A stretch of 64,000 nt of DNA from Candidatus Nitrospinota bacterium M3_3B_026 (GCA_051418015.1 JBPRGF010000024.1:32001-96000); one strand, 5' to 3'. Numbered from the stretch's first letter, positions 10,102 to 20,146 are shown. Notes: a model not told the origin generated them from the sequence alone. Translations and numbers: made by a program.

Positions 10102-11873
10102 GCTGGATACGTGTTTTCCTGGCGGTCCTGGTTCTCGCGCTCCTTGGCGGGGCGTATTATTACTTCGACTACCTGGGGGCGGGGAAAGAGCCCGAAGAAA
10201 CGGGTGAAAGGCTGCTCGGCGCGCCGAAGGAGAAGATCACCTCCATCACCATAGACAGGCCGGGTGAGGAGCGGATAAGGCTCAAGAAGGCGGAGGAGGG
10301 CTGGCGTCTCGTCGAGCCCGTCGAGGCGAAGGCGGACACTGGCGCCGTGAAGCTCGCTCTGGAGGACGCGGAGCTGATGAACGAGGACAAGGTTATAGAA
10401 GGCGCAGCGGACCTTTCCGAGTTCGGGCTGGATGATCCCGTGACCCTGACCTTCGCCATGGAGAACGGCGCCGAGCGCGTCGTCAGAATCGGGGGGCTCA
10501 ACCCAATGGGGGATCATTATTACGTCATGGGCCGCGGGGAGGGCGAGGTCGTTCTGGTGAGCCGGTACGACGTTGATGACATCCTCAAAAACGTTTTTGA
10601 TTTCCGGGACAAGAAACTTTTCGCCTTTTCGGCCGGCGATGTGACGCGGCTTGTGATCGAGCGCGAAGGGGTGGCCGTGGCGGTGGAGGCGGGCGGGGAG
10701 GATGAAAAAGAGGACTGGCGCCTTGTCCTGCCCATCAAGGCGGATGCCGACGACGCCAAGGTGGAGAGTTTTGTCAGCGAGATCGCCGGCGCGAAAGCCG
10801 CGGGTTTCATCGACGAGAAGGGCGGCGAGTCTGAAAAATACGGCTTGGCGGAGCCGGGGATAAAGATCACCCTGAACGCGGGGAAGAAGAGCGAAACGCT
10901 CCTGGTGGGCGCGAAGACAGAAGGAGGCGGCTACCACGCGATGCTTTCCTCCTCCCCGGCGGTTTTCAGGATACCGCCCGGCTTTGTGGAGTCCCTGCCG
11001 GGTTCGGCGGCCGAGCTGCGCGACAAGTCCCTCGTTAAGGTCGACCGCGAGAAAGCGCGTGAAATCATAATCGAAAGACCCGATCAGAGGATAGTCCTGA
11101 AAGCCGCGGAGGAGGGGGAAGACCCCGTTACGCGATGGCGGCTTGTCGAGCCGATCGAGGCGAAGGCGGACGCCTCCGCCGTCAACGGTCTCATATTCGA
11201 CGTGGAGAGGGCGGAGGGCGTAAGGATCGCCGCCGAGGGGGACTATGACCCTTCGGATTACGGACTGGGCTCGCAGGCGGTGAAGGTTACCATAAAGACG
11301 GACAAGGATCACAAGGTCGTCCGGTTGGGGAAGACCGGCGAAGGCGGAACGGAAAAATATTACGCCGCGGCGGAAGGGGCGGATACTGTCCTTGAGATCG
11401 ACGAGGAGACATACGCCGCCTTGACGCCCGGCCTGGAGAAATTGCGTGACAGGAGGCTTTTCTCCGCCAGGGCGGACGAAGTGGGCAGGGTCGTGGTCGA
11501 GCGCGGAGGGCAGGTCTTCGAGGCGGCCACGGAGGGTGAGGACAGGTATCTTCTCAAGTCCCCTCGCGAGCGTGCGCTCACGGTACAGGGATGGAACGAA
11601 TTCGTGTGGGCTGTCCTCGGCCTCGAATTCGAGAAAGAGCCAGAGAAGGCCGAGACGCCCGCCCTCGGAGCCGGGTTCGACAGTCCGACCCTGAAGATAT
11701 CCGTCTATGGCCGTGAAGGCGCCCTTCGGGCCGAGGTTACGGTGGGCGCGAAGGTTGAGGGGGAGGACCGCTATTACGCTCGGGTTTCCACGGACGGCGG
11801 GATATACGAAATCCCCGGCGCGTTCGTCTCGGACAGGATGTATGGCGCGCTCGAGAGGCTTTTGGGAAGCTGA
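10098..11873 (+). CDS. DUF4340 repeat protein
   Basis: N-terminal anchor; repeated W(R)LV.P..AKAD / YGL..P / RDK.LF units; typical position after GldG. Confidence 0.8.
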   Translation: MSWIRVFLAVLVLALLGGAYYYFDYLGAGKEPEETGERLLGAPKEKITSITIDRPGEERIRLKKAEEGWRLVEPVEAKADTGAVKLALEDAELMNEDKVIEGAADLSEFGLDDPVTLTFAMENGAERVVRIGGLNPMGDHYYVMGRGEGEVVLVSRYDVDDILKNVFDFRDKKLFAFSAGDVTRLVIEREGVAVAVEAGGEDEKEDWRLVLPIKADADDAKVESFVSEIAGAKAAGFIDEKGGESEKYGLAEPGIKITLNAGKKSETLLVGAKTEGGGYHAMLSSSPAVFRIPPGFVESLPGSAAELRDKSLVKVDREKAREIIIERPDQRIVLKAAEEGEDPVTRWRLVEPIEAKADASAVNGLIFDVERAEGVRIAAEGDYDPSDYGLGSQAVKVTIKTDKDHKVVRLGKTGEGGTEKYYAAAEGADTVLEIDEETYAALTPGLEKLRDRRLFSARADEVGRVVVERGGQVFEAATEGEDRYLLKSPRERALTVQGWNEFVWAVLGLEFEKEPEKAETPALGAGFDSPTLKISVYGREGALRAEVTVGAKVEGEDRYYARVSTDGGIYEIPGAFVSDRMYGALERLLGS

Positions 11874-11882
11874 GGCGGGAAG

Positions 11883-12467
11883 ATGGAAAAAGAGGAAAAG
11901 TCGAAAATAGAGTTCCACGACAAGCGCAGGATAAAGTCCGCCGACGATGCCCTCGGCGACGTCTCCGGGGCGGACTTGGAGAGGCTCCCCACCGCGTTGG
12001 AAAGGGTGATGGAGCAGGCCGCCCAGAGCGACGCGCGGCTGAAGGAGTACATCACCGCCAGCCGGGAGCGCATGGCGGAGCTGGACAAGGTGAGAAAGCG
12101 CCTGGAGGCGGACGCGGAAAAACGCGCCTTGACGAAGTTCGGCGAGATGCTGAAAGAGCTTTTCGGCTGCCTGGACGACTTCGACAGGGCGATCGGCCAG
12201 GCGGAGAAGACCCGCGGGGACGACCCGCTCCTTGAGGGGGTGCGCCTCATGCGCGAGGGCCTGTTCCGGGTGTTGACGGCGCATGGCCTGGAGGTGATAA
12301 ACTGTGCCGGAGAGCCCTTCGACCCGGAGCGCGCGCAGGCCATCGCCACGGAGCCGGTGGAGGACGAGTCCAAAGACAATATAGTGATAGAGCAGCTGGC
12401 CCCGGGCTACGCATTTGACGGGCGGGTCCTCCGCCCGGCCTTGGTCCGGGTGGGACAGAAGGCGTAA
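11883..12467 (+). CDS. grpE: nucleotide exchange factor GrpE
   Basis: LDDFDRA, GEPFDP, GY..DGRVLRPALVRV. Confidence 0.9.
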   Translation: MEKEEKSKIEFHDKRRIKSADDALGDVSGADLERLPTALERVMEQAAQSDARLKEYITASRERMAELDKVRKRLEADAEKRALTKFGEMLKELFGCLDDFDRAIGQAEKTRGDDPLLEGVRLMREGLFRVLTAHGLEVINCAGEPFDPERAQAIATEPVEDESKDNIVIEQLAPGYAFDGRVLRPALVRVGQKA

Positions 12468-12479
12468 CACAAGGAGAAC

Positions 12480-13583
12480 ATGATTAAACGCGACTACTAC
12501 GAGGTCCTCGGTGTCTCGATGGACGCCACGGAGACTGATATCAAGAAGGCTTACCGCAAGAAGGCCCACGAGTATCACCCGGACAGGAACCCGGACAACC
12601 CGGAGGCGGAGGAGGCGTTCAAGGAGGCCTCCGAGGCATACGAGGTCCTGCGTGATCCGGAGAAGAGGAGCCTCTACGACAGGTTCGGGCACGAGGGCCT
12701 GCGCAGGACCGGGTTCAGCGGCTTCCAGGGTTTCGAGGACATCTTTTCGAGCTTCGGCGACATATTCGAGGACTTTTTCGGATTCGGTGGCAGGCGCAGG
12801 CCGCGGCCGGGACAGCCCGCCAGGGGGGTGGACCTGCGCTACGACCTCGAGATAGATTTCATGGAGGCTGTCTTCGGCGCCGAGAAGGAGTTCGAGGTCG
12901 AAAAATACGTTACCTGTGACGCCTGCCACGGAAAGAAAAGCGAGCCCGGCTCATCCCCCGAGGTCTGCTCCGCCTGCGGCGGCAGCGGGAAGGTGACCCG
13001 CTCCCAGGGCTTTTTCGCTATATCCACTCCTTGCCCGAATTGTCACGGCGAGGGGGTGAGGATCACCAGGCCGTGCGGAAAATGCAGGGGGCAGGGACAG
13101 GTCATAGAACGTAAGAGACTTGCGGTGAAAGCGCCCGCTGGCGTGGACACCGGCTCCAAGCTGCGCCTGAGAGGGGAGGGCGAGCCGGGACAGTACGGCG
13201 GCCCGCCGGGCGACCTTTACGTCGTCCTGCATGTCCGGGAACACGAGGTTTTCAAGAGGAGGGGCGACGACGTGATCCAGACCGTCCCGATAACTTTCCC
13301 CCAGGCCGCTCTCGGCGCGGAGCTTAAAATACCCTCGCTCGAGGGGGAGACGGACCTTGCGATCCCGCCTGGAGCGCAGTCGGAGACCATAATCCGCCTG
13401 GCGGGACAGGGCGTCCACCATCTTCGCTCCTACGGCCGCGGCGACATGCTTGTCCGAGTTGTTGTGGAAACCCCCGGTAAACTCACCAGGCGCCAGGAGG
13501 AGCTTTACAGGGAGCTGGCGGAGATCGAAGGGACGAAAGTCCGCCCCGCCCACAAGAGCTTTTTCGAAAAGCTGATGAAATGA
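12480..13583 (+). CDS. dnaJ: molecular chaperone DnaJ
   Basis: J-domain HPD, G/F region, four CxxCxGxG-type zinc motifs, C-terminal domain. Confidence 0.97.
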   Translation: MIKRDYYEVLGVSMDATETDIKKAYRKKAHEYHPDRNPDNPEAEEAFKEASEAYEVLRDPEKRSLYDRFGHEGLRRTGFSGFQGFEDIFSSFGDIFEDFFGFGGRRRPRPGQPARGVDLRYDLEIDFMEAVFGAEKEFEVEKYVTCDACHGKKSEPGSSPEVCSACGGSGKVTRSQGFFAISTPCPNCHGEGVRITRPCGKCRGQGQVIERKRLAVKAPAGVDTGSKLRLRGEGEPGQYGGPPGDLYVVLHVREHEVFKRRGDDVIQTVPITFPQAALGAELKIPSLEGETDLAIPPGAQSETIIRLAGQGVHHLRSYGRGDMLVRVVVETPGKLTRRQEELYRELAEIEGTKVRPAHKSFFEKLMK

Positions 13584-13608
13584 GGCGCGCCTGGCGCCTT
13601 TGTCCGTC

Positions 13609-14589
13609 CTATTCCCCCGGGTCGGCGATCCCGTCGCGGTTCAACGGTTTTACGCCGGTCTCCCTCGGAACCGCCAGCATCCTGTCCAGCGCCTTCTTCG
13701 CGCGGACGCGGATATCTTCGGGGACGGTTATCGCGTGCTTCATCTGGGCGATGGCCTCGTAAACGTCCTCGATGGAGGTAACCTTCATGTTGGGGCAGAT
13801 CATGTCCTCGGCGATGTGGATGAACTCTTTGTCCGGGTTTTCTTTTCTCAGCCTGTAGAGAATGCCGCTCTCCGTGGCGATCAGGAACCGCCTGGCGTTC
13901 TCTTCTTTCGCGTACTTGTACATTCCCGACGTGGAGCAGACGTGATCGGCTAAATCCAGAACCTCAGGCGCGCACTCGGGATGGGCCACCATCTTCGCGT
14001 CCGGATATTTTTCCTTCATCTGGATGACCTTCTCCGGCTTCAGCAGGTGATGGGTGGGGCAGAAGCCTTTCCAGTACTCTATCTTCTTGTCCGTGTAGCG
14101 CTGGACGTACTTGGCCAGGTTCATGTCAGGCGTCATGAACACGCGGTCGCCGGGCAGGGAGCTGACCACCGCCACGGCGTTGGCCGAAGTGCAGCAGATG
14201 TCCGACTCCGCCTTCACCTCCGCCGACGAGTTGACGTAGGTGACGACGGGGACGTCCGGCCCCAGCTCCTTTTTCTTTTCGCGGAGTTTTTCCGCCGTTA
14301 TCATGTCCGCCATGGGGCAGCCCGCCTCCAGCCGGGGCAGCAGGACGGTCTTTTGCGGGGAGAGGATCGCCGCGGACTCGGCCATGAAGTGCACCCCGCA
14401 GAAGAGGATCACCTCCGCGCCGGTATCGGCCGCCTGCTGGGCAAGCGCCAGCGAGTCGCCCCCCAGGTCGGCGATCTCCTGTATCTCGTCGCGCTGGTAG
14501 TTGTGGGCGAGCATAACGGCGTTTTTCTCCTTGACGAGACGCCGTATCTCGGCCTGTATCTCCCTTGTTCCTTTGTCGACAACGCTCAT
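13609..14589 (-). CDS. nadA: quinolinate synthase
   Basis: [41 protein letters not shown]. Confidence 0.97.
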   Translation of the reverse strand: MSVVDKGTREIQAEIRRLVKEKNAVMLAHNYQRDEIQEIADLGGDSLALAQQAADTGAEVILFCGVHFMAESAAILSPQKTVLLPRLEAGCPMADMITAEKLREKKKELGPDVPVVTYVNSSAEVKAESDICCTSANAVAVVSSLPGDRVFMTPDMNLAKYVQRYTDKKIEYWKGFCPTHHLLKPEKVIQMKEKYPDAKMVAHPECAPEVLDLADHVCSTSGMYKYAKEENARRFLIATESGILYRLRKENPDKEFIHIAEDMICPNMKVTSIEDVYEAIAQMKHAITVPEDIRVRAKKALDRMLAVPRETGVKPLNRDGIADPGE

Positions 14590-14728
14590 AGATCTATTTT
14601 ATCTCAAAGGCGCCTTTTCAGTGAAATCCTCAGGTTCCCAACCGCCGTGCCAGGGAAGGCGAGGAGAAGGAGGCGGCGAACGGGGAGCCCCCCGCGACGG
14701 GACCGGAGAAAAAGACCCTTCTCCCCGG

Positions 14729-15757
14729 TCATCCCGCCGGGACGATCTTCACGTAGCGGTCCAGCGCCTCGCCAGGGTTTTTTTCGATCTTTTCGACGAG
14801 CCTGTCCAGCCCGGCCCGGTAGTCGTCCTTCACCCGGCCATAGAAAGTCTTGTGAAAGTCGAAAGTCTGCCGCCTTAAAAAATCCCGGTCGTCGTCCGTC
14901 AGCTCGGCGAACCCGACCTTTACGCCGAGTTGCTCTTTCCTGATCTCCCCCCGTATGAAAGCCTTCCCGGCGGTCATGCCGGAGCAGATGTAGTATCCCG
15001 CCGGGCTTTCGATGTCCAGGACGTTCAGGATCACGCCGATGGTCCCCTGGGCGTATTCCATGAAATAGTCGCGCACCCTGCGCCCGAAGACGATGACGGG
15101 GGGCTTCCTGTCCTCCACGTCCTTTTTAAACTCCAGCAGAAATTTCTGGAACCCCATCCTCTCCAGTTTCGCCCTGCGCAACTGGTATTTGAAAAGCAGG
15201 TCCTCGCGGATATCCTCCGCGCTCATCCCTTCGAGCCCGGAGTAATCTATCTCCCGCCAGACGCCCGGTATCCCCGCCCCGGCGCGCAGCCCCGCCCGGT
15301 TGCCCCCCTGGCCGGCGACCCTGAAGACGCCCGAGGGGCAGTAGCTTGCGAAAAGGTCGTCCACGGATCCGCCGACGTTCAGCTCCGTGGGGTTCGACGT
15401 GTTTCCGATGGCCACCTGCGCGTCACCGGGACACCAGACGCCGTTGGGGAACCGGGTGGCGTAGGTGTTGAGCTCTATCCTGTCGATGAAGGCGCAGGAG
15501 TGGTTGCCCATCAGCCCGTGGACGCCGATCTTCGCCGGGCCTGGCACGCCCGTGCCTATCAGCATCTGGCCGCAGACGTTTTTAAGCTCGAACTCGGCGA
15601 CCCCCTCCGCCCGGGCGATTTTCATGATCTCGTTCAGCCGCTCGCCGCTCATCTCCATCACGCCACAGTCGATGACGGCCTTCTCGTAACCGCGGGCTAT
15701 CCTCGCCACGTCCTCGATAGGCGTCTTGCCGTTCAAGGTCACCGGATGCGTCGTCAT
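14729..15757 (-). CDS. glutamate synthase C-terminal GXGXG beta-helix domain as a stand-alone subunit (GltB3-like)
   Basis: CGQMLIGTG, GLMGN, GQGGNRAG, DYFMEYAQG, GYYICSGMTAGKAFIRG; operon context. Confidence 0.8.
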   Translation of the reverse strand: MTTHPVTLNGKTPIEDVARIARGYEKAVIDCGVMEMSGERLNEIMKIARAEGVAEFELKNVCGQMLIGTGVPGPAKIGVHGLMGNHSCAFIDRIELNTYATRFPNGVWCPGDAQVAIGNTSNPTELNVGGSVDDLFASYCPSGVFRVAGQGGNRAGLRAGAGIPGVWREIDYSGLEGMSAEDIREDLLFKYQLRRAKLERMGFQKFLLEFKKDVEDRKPPVIVFGRRVRDYFMEYAQGTIGVILNVLDIESPAGYYICSGMTAGKAFIRGEIRKEQLGVKVGFAELTDDDRDFLRRQTFDFHKTFYGRVKDDYRAGLDRLVEKIEKNPGEALDRYVKIVPAG

Positions 15758-17335
15758 CTAAAAAGGCCCCTTGCCGAAGGTCTCATACAACAGCGGGTTC
15801 CTGCCGTGGTAGCGGAACTTGCGCGAGCCGACGACGTCCTCGTGGGTTGTGAAGCCAAGCCCCGCGGCCAGACCCTCCATCCCCCGTTTCCACGAGTTCA
15901 TCATGTTCACGATCCGCCTTGCGCCGTCCTCGGGGTCTATCCTGTGGCCGTAGGGGCGCGCCGTGATGCCCCAGGCGCACTGGCCCGTGTGGCAACGGCG
16001 GCACATCGTGCAGCCGAGGGGGATCAGGTGCCGCGTCCCCGTGGCGACGAAGTCGTACCCCACCATCAGGCCCAGCATGGCCATCTTGGCGTTCAATATC
16101 GCCCCTTCGCCGATCAGCGAGACCTTTTCGCGCAGTCCCTCCGCCACCAGCGCGTCGTGGGCGAGCTTGCCGACGTAAAGGGTGTTCAGCCCCCGGTTCT
16201 GAAGGTCCGATATCGACGCCGCGCCGGTGCCACCGCCGCCGCCGCGGATGGTGATGTAGTCGAACCCCGCCCGGGCCAGCGCGACGACGATGTGGTTGAC
16301 GTTCCATATCGTCCCGTAAATGTCGGCCCCCACCAGCTTGTTCGGCCCCAGTGCCGCGCGCAGGCTGGATATCCTCATGCGCAGCTCCTCTATGGAATAC
16401 TGCAGGTGCTGGGGGTTCGGGGAGTTGACGTCGCGGTACGGCTCGATGCATCGGATCAGGGCTATCTCCCAGTCGTTCTTAGGCGCGGGGAGCTTGCCGC
16501 CTTTGCCTTTCTTGGCGTCCTGGCCGTACTTCATGGAGACACCCAGAAACCGGTCCAGGTCCACCCATGGGCCGAAACCGCCGGTGCCGAACTGGAGGAT
16601 GCAGTGTTTATACGCCGAGGCGAAGTCCGGGTGCAGGTACCCCTCGCCGACGAAGAAGGGCCGTCCAAGCTCCACCGAGGCCAGAAGACGCGAAAGGAAA
16701 GCCTCGTGGCTATTGGAGCCGTAGCTCATGTGGCAGTCGAAGACGGGAGTGTTGACCCTGATCCGCCGCTCGGGATGTTTTCCGAGGTAGCAATTTGAAA
16801 GCTGGCCCGCGAACTCGTTTCGGTTGTCCCTCGGGGGGTTGAGGATTATCGAGGCGTCGATGTGAAAATCCTCGTAGTCCGGCGGCTGGCTGTAGTCCAT
16901 CATCGACTCGGTCATCAGCCATCCGTAGGAACGGCGCAGGTTCTGGAAAATCGTCTTGGCGCCGTGGTCTGGCGTGCCTATGACATGCCAGTTCGGGTTT
17001 TTGTCCACGGTGATGGCGTTGGTGGGGCACATGGCGACGCACCGCTTGCAGTTGCAGCAGTCCGCGTCCATGATCCGAAGCTCCTGGCGCAGAAAGGCCC
17101 CCCCGGCCGCGCCCTCTGCCAGGCGGCGGCCCTTCTCGTCGAGGTAAATGTCGCGCCCTTCGAAGACCCCCGTCTTTCTCATCTTGTCGGTGAGATTGTG
17201 GGTGCATTCGTGGACGCAGGTGTAGCACCATACGCAGCGGCCCGGATCGACGGTGACACGGTACTCCCCGCCCATCTGGCCTATGCCCACCTTCAGGGGG
17301 CGGTCGTAGACGATTTTTCTGTCAGAGAGTCGCAC
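15758..17335 (-). CDS. glutamate synthase FMN-binding subunit with N-terminal 2x[4Fe-4S] ferredoxin domain (GltB2-like)
   Basis: MSYGS, GEG, KYGQDAKKGKGGKLP, SPNPQH..YSIEEL, GGTGA, CTMCRRCHTGQCAWGI; N-terminal CVWCYTCVHEC and CCNCKRCVAMCP. Confidence 0.9.
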   Translation of the reverse strand: MRLSDRKIVYDRPLKVGIGQMGGEYRVTVDPGRCVWCYTCVHECTHNLTDKMRKTGVFEGRDIYLDEKGRRLAEGAAGGAFLRQELRIMDADCCNCKRCVAMCPTNAITVDKNPNWHVIGTPDHGAKTIFQNLRRSYGWLMTESMMDYSQPPDYEDFHIDASIILNPPRDNRNEFAGQLSNCYLGKHPERRIRVNTPVFDCHMSYGSNSHEAFLSRLLASVELGRPFFVGEGYLHPDFASAYKHCILQFGTGGFGPWVDLDRFLGVSMKYGQDAKKGKGGKLPAPKNDWEIALIRCIEPYRDVNSPNPQHLQYSIEELRMRISSLRAALGPNKLVGADIYGTIWNVNHIVVALARAGFDYITIRGGGGGTGAASISDLQNRGLNTLYVGKLAHDALVAEGLREKVSLIGEGAILNAKMAMLGLMVGYDFVATGTRHLIPLGCTMCRRCHTGQCAWGITARPYGHRIDPEDGARRIVNMMNSWKRGMEGLAAGLGFTTHEDVVGSRKFRYHGRNPLLYETFGKGPF

Positions 17336-18554
17336 CGAAAGCCTCCTTCAGGCCGCCGCCGTCGAGCAGCTCGTAGGCCACCAGCCTGCCCGGCTCGCAG
17401 TTGATGGACTTAAAATCCTTCTCGGCGATCCACGCGCTGTGATAGATGACCTTCTCCTCCGAGCCCCAGATGACGGTCTTCCCGTCGTCGGAGCGGCCCA
17501 TCCACAGCTGACGCAAGCCGTCCCTATCCCGTCCGGCGATGACCTTGTCCTCTATGATGGCCACGAACGAGGACGGCCCGCTCATCTTGTACCTTGCCAG
17601 GACGGGGTCGCTGACAAGCTCCAGGTATCTTCGCCTCTCCTCCTCGTCCATCGAGGGCAGCTCGTTGGGGAACTTTTGGCACATGACCCATTCCATCCGC
17701 TGGTAGTCCAGCCCGCGCTCGACCATCAGGTTGTCCAGCTCCAGCAGCATCGCCTCCGAGTCGGTCCCAACCATGCGAGGGACTTTGGCGGCGTCCAGAG
17801 CCTGCCTGTTGGACGCCGACGAGGAAAGGTCGCCGTTGTGGATGATGGCGGAGTTTAAAAAGCTGATGGGATGCGCCCCCCACCATATGCCGGAGGATAC
17901 GATGCTCGTCGGCCAGCGCATGTGGATCATGATCGCCGAAAGGGGCCTGTCCTCGTATTGGTACAGGTCGAATATCTCTATGGTGTCCGCAAGCTCCAGG
18001 GCGGTGATGAAGGCGCCTATGTTCTTGCCGGACGAAAAGATCCTCGCCTCGCCCATGTAACGCTGGTTGAACCGCTCCACGATCCGGCGCACGTGCTGGT
18101 CGGCGGTGAGGCTGTGGGTCCTTCGCATCATCTCGTCCGCCGTCGGCGGCATCAGGAAGTAGCGCCGCATCTCCGGCAGGTCGTATTTCCTGTAGGCCTC
18201 GGGAGTTACCAGCGGCTCCATCTCGCCGAACTGGCGCATCCCGATCCGCTCCTCGGTGAAGAGGGGCTCAAGCTCCCTGGCCACGTCCCTGTTCCTGTAG
18301 AGGACGTGGAAGGCGTACTGCTCCTTGCGGCGAGGGTAGACACCTTTGAGCAGAACGCCCGCGCCGAAGGTCCCTCGGGCCTGCATCGTCGCCGCCGCCT
18401 TGAGCCCGGCCTTTAAGTTCACATCGCCTATGGCCGCGTAGAGCCCGCAGGCGCCGGCGCTGATGTCCACAGCCTCACGGGTGTCCGCAGAGGACCCCTC
18501 GGCGCCTGAAGGCTCTGGCCAGGCGCGGTCGAACCCGTCACTTTCCAGCGTCAT
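17322..18554 (-). CDS. class II (Ntn) glutamine amidotransferase subunit (GltB1-like)
   Basis: Propeptide followed by ACG, HMRWPT, WWGAHP, IHNGDL, TDSE, DRDGLR. Start ATG 18554 overlaps the upstream TGA. Confidence 0.85.
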   Translation of the reverse strand: MTLESDGFDRAWPEPSGAEGSSADTREAVDISAGACGLYAAIGDVNLKAGLKAAATMQARGTFGAGVLLKGVYPRRKEQYAFHVLYRNRDVARELEPLFTEERIGMRQFGEMEPLVTPEAYRKYDLPEMRRYFLMPPTADEMMRRTHSLTADQHVRRIVERFNQRYMGEARIFSSGKNIGAFITALELADTIEIFDLYQYEDRPLSAIMIHMRWPTSIVSSGIWWGAHPISFLNSAIIHNGDLSSSASNRQALDAAKVPRMVGTDSEAMLLELDNLMVERGLDYQRMEWVMCQKFPNELPSMDEEERRRYLELVSDPVLARYKMSGPSSFVAIIEDKVIAGRDRDGLRQLWMGRSDDGKTVIWGSEEKVIYHSAWIAEKDFKSINCEPGRLVAYELLDGGGLKEAFGATL

Positions 18555-20146
18555 CGCTCCTCCCTGACCTTCACCGGCGTGACCACGTACCGGGGGCAGT
18601 CCTCCCAGCATCTGCCGCAGGCGTCGCACCCTTCCAGGGCGGTAAAAAGCGGCCCCTCCGGGTTCCACGGCTCCATGAACTTATCCACGCATCCTTTATC
18701 GCCGCTGGCGCGGAAGCACCAGTCGCAATCCGAGTCCAGCCCGCCAAGGCACGTGCCGCACCGGAAGCACCTGCCCGCCTCCATCACCCCCTCGTCCAGA
18801 CCGGGGATTTTTTCAACCGGCTCGAAGGAGAGCCTTCGCTTCCCGGGCCGCTCCGTGAAAAGCCGGAGTCTTGCCTTCGGCTCGAAGTAGCGGCTTACGT
18901 TCATCTTCGCCCAGGTGACCTCTTCGCGAAGGGGCGGGAATATCTTTTTCCCCGTGACAAGCTCACTAACCGAGTCCGCCGCGCGTTTGCCGGAGGCTAT
19001 GGCGTGGATGACCGTGCCCCGCGCGTCCGGCGCGGCGTCGCCTGCGAGGAAGACGTTCTCGCGCTCGATATTAAATACCTCCGGCTCCTGCCCGATCGAT
19101 ATCAGCAGGACATCGGCGGGAAGGTCCACCGTCTCATCCGTGGGGACGGGCTCGCGCCTGCCGGAGGCGTCCTCGGCGCCGAGCTTCATCTTCCTGGCCG
19201 TAAGGGTCCCGCCGTCGTATTCCTCCGGCGCCAGCAGGAACCTGAAGACGACCCCTTCCTCGCGGGCCTCTCTCACCTCTTTTTCATGGGCGGGCATCGC
19301 CTCTTCGTCACGGCGGTAGGCGACGGTGACGGATTCCGCGCCCAGCCGTACCGCGCTCCTGGCCGCGTCCATGGCGACGTTGCCGCCTCCCACGACCACC
19401 ACCCGTTTTCCCTCCAGCTCGTCCGGGGCGGCCTGTCCTGAGTTTATCCTTCTCAAAAACTCTATCCCGGACGCCGCCTTCTCCTCGCCCGGCATCCCCG
19501 CCTTGCGGCTTTTGCCAGCGCCGGAGCAGACGATGGCCGCGCCGAATTCTCCACCGTCCAGGAGTTTTTCGATTTCGTCCGTTGTGACGGGGCTTTCGGT
19601 GATTATCCTTACGCCGGAGTCCGCGATGAGTTTTATCTCCCTGTCCAGAACATCCTTCGGCAGGCGGTAGGAGGGGATTCCGTAGCGCAGGACGCCGCCG
19701 GGCGCGGCCGCCGCCTCGCGTATGGTGACGTCGAACCCGTGGATGTTCAAGAACCACCCCGCGGCAAGCCCCGCCGGCCCGGCTCCGATGATGAGGACTT
19801 TTTCGCCGTTGCGGGGCGCCATCGGCGGGCGCCAGGCCGGGTCGAACCCGTGGTCGCCTATGACCGCTTCGAGAGCCTGGATGGATATCGGTTTGTCGAA
19901 ATAGCCTCGGTTGCATGGCTGTTCGCAGAAGGCGTAGCAGACCCTGCCCAGGACGGCGCGCAGGGGGTGCGTCTCCATCATGATCCGCCAGGCAGTGTTG
20001 GGATCGTTTAAGGACAGGGCGTGCAGAGAGGCGGAGATGTTCGTGAAGGCAGGACAACCCCTCGTCCCGCCGCAGGGGGCGGTTTTGTTCTCCCATACGG
20101 GAAAGACATGGGACATGTTATTCGCCGCCGTGAAAACCGCTGTCAA
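18551..20146 (-). CDS. gltD: NAD(P)H-dependent FAD/Fe-S oxidoreductase, GltD/NfnB/DsrL family (glutamate synthase small-subunit-like) with C-terminal ferredoxin motifs
   Basis: APC..GCP, GRVCYAFCEQPCNR, GAGPAG, YGIP.YRLP, GGGNVAMD..YRR, C-terminal CFRCGTC and CDACGRCWEDCP. Start could be ATG 20116. Confidence 0.8.
   Translation of the reverse strand: MTAVFTAANNMSHVFPVWENKTAPCGGTRGCPAFTNISASLHALSLNDPNTAWRIMMETHPLRAVLGRVCYAFCEQPCNRGYFDKPISIQALEAVIGDHGFDPAWRPPMAPRNGEKVLIIGAGPAGLAAGWFLNIHGFDVTIREAAAAPGGVLRYGIPSYRLPKDVLDREIKLIADSGVRIITESPVTTDEIEKLLDGGEFGAAIVCSGAGKSRKAGMPGEEKAASGIEFLRRINSGQAAPDELEGKRVVVVGGGNVAMDAARSAVRLGAESVTVAYRRDEEAMPAHEKEVREAREEGVVFRFLLAPEEYDGGTLTARKMKLGAEDASGRREPVPTDETVDLPADVLLISIGQEPEVFNIERENVFLAGDAAPDARGTVIHAIASGKRAADSVSELVTGKKIFPPLREEVTWAKMNVSRYFEPKARLRLFTERPGKRRLSFEPVEKIPGLDEGVMEAGRCFRCGTCLGGLDSDCDWCFRASGDKGCVDKFMEPWNPEGPLFTALEGCDACGRCWEDCPRYVVTPVKVREER

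Noticed and set aside
6979..11873. Evidence for gliding motility
   Set aside because: GldA/F/G-like ABC modules are widespread in non-gliding bacteria, and no T9SS or Agl/Glt genes are present.
9270..12929. 1219-aa minus-strand ORF, and similar long ORFs at 1469-3538, 14930-16798, 45983-48331, 50933-52924 and 61395-63749
   Set aside because: Antisense shadows of well-supported genes. They have no recognisable motifs and are expected in high-GC coding DNA.
14729..18554. Assignment as N-methylglutamate synthase (mgsABC)
   Set aside because: No gmaS or mgd genes nearby. The GltB-like propeptide, the ferredoxin domain and the GltD partner fit a split GOGAT better. Not fully excluded without phylogeny.
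18551..20146. Assignment as DsrL (sulfur oxidation/reduction)
   Set aside because: No dsr genes in the window, and the gene is translationally coupled to glutamate synthase subunits.
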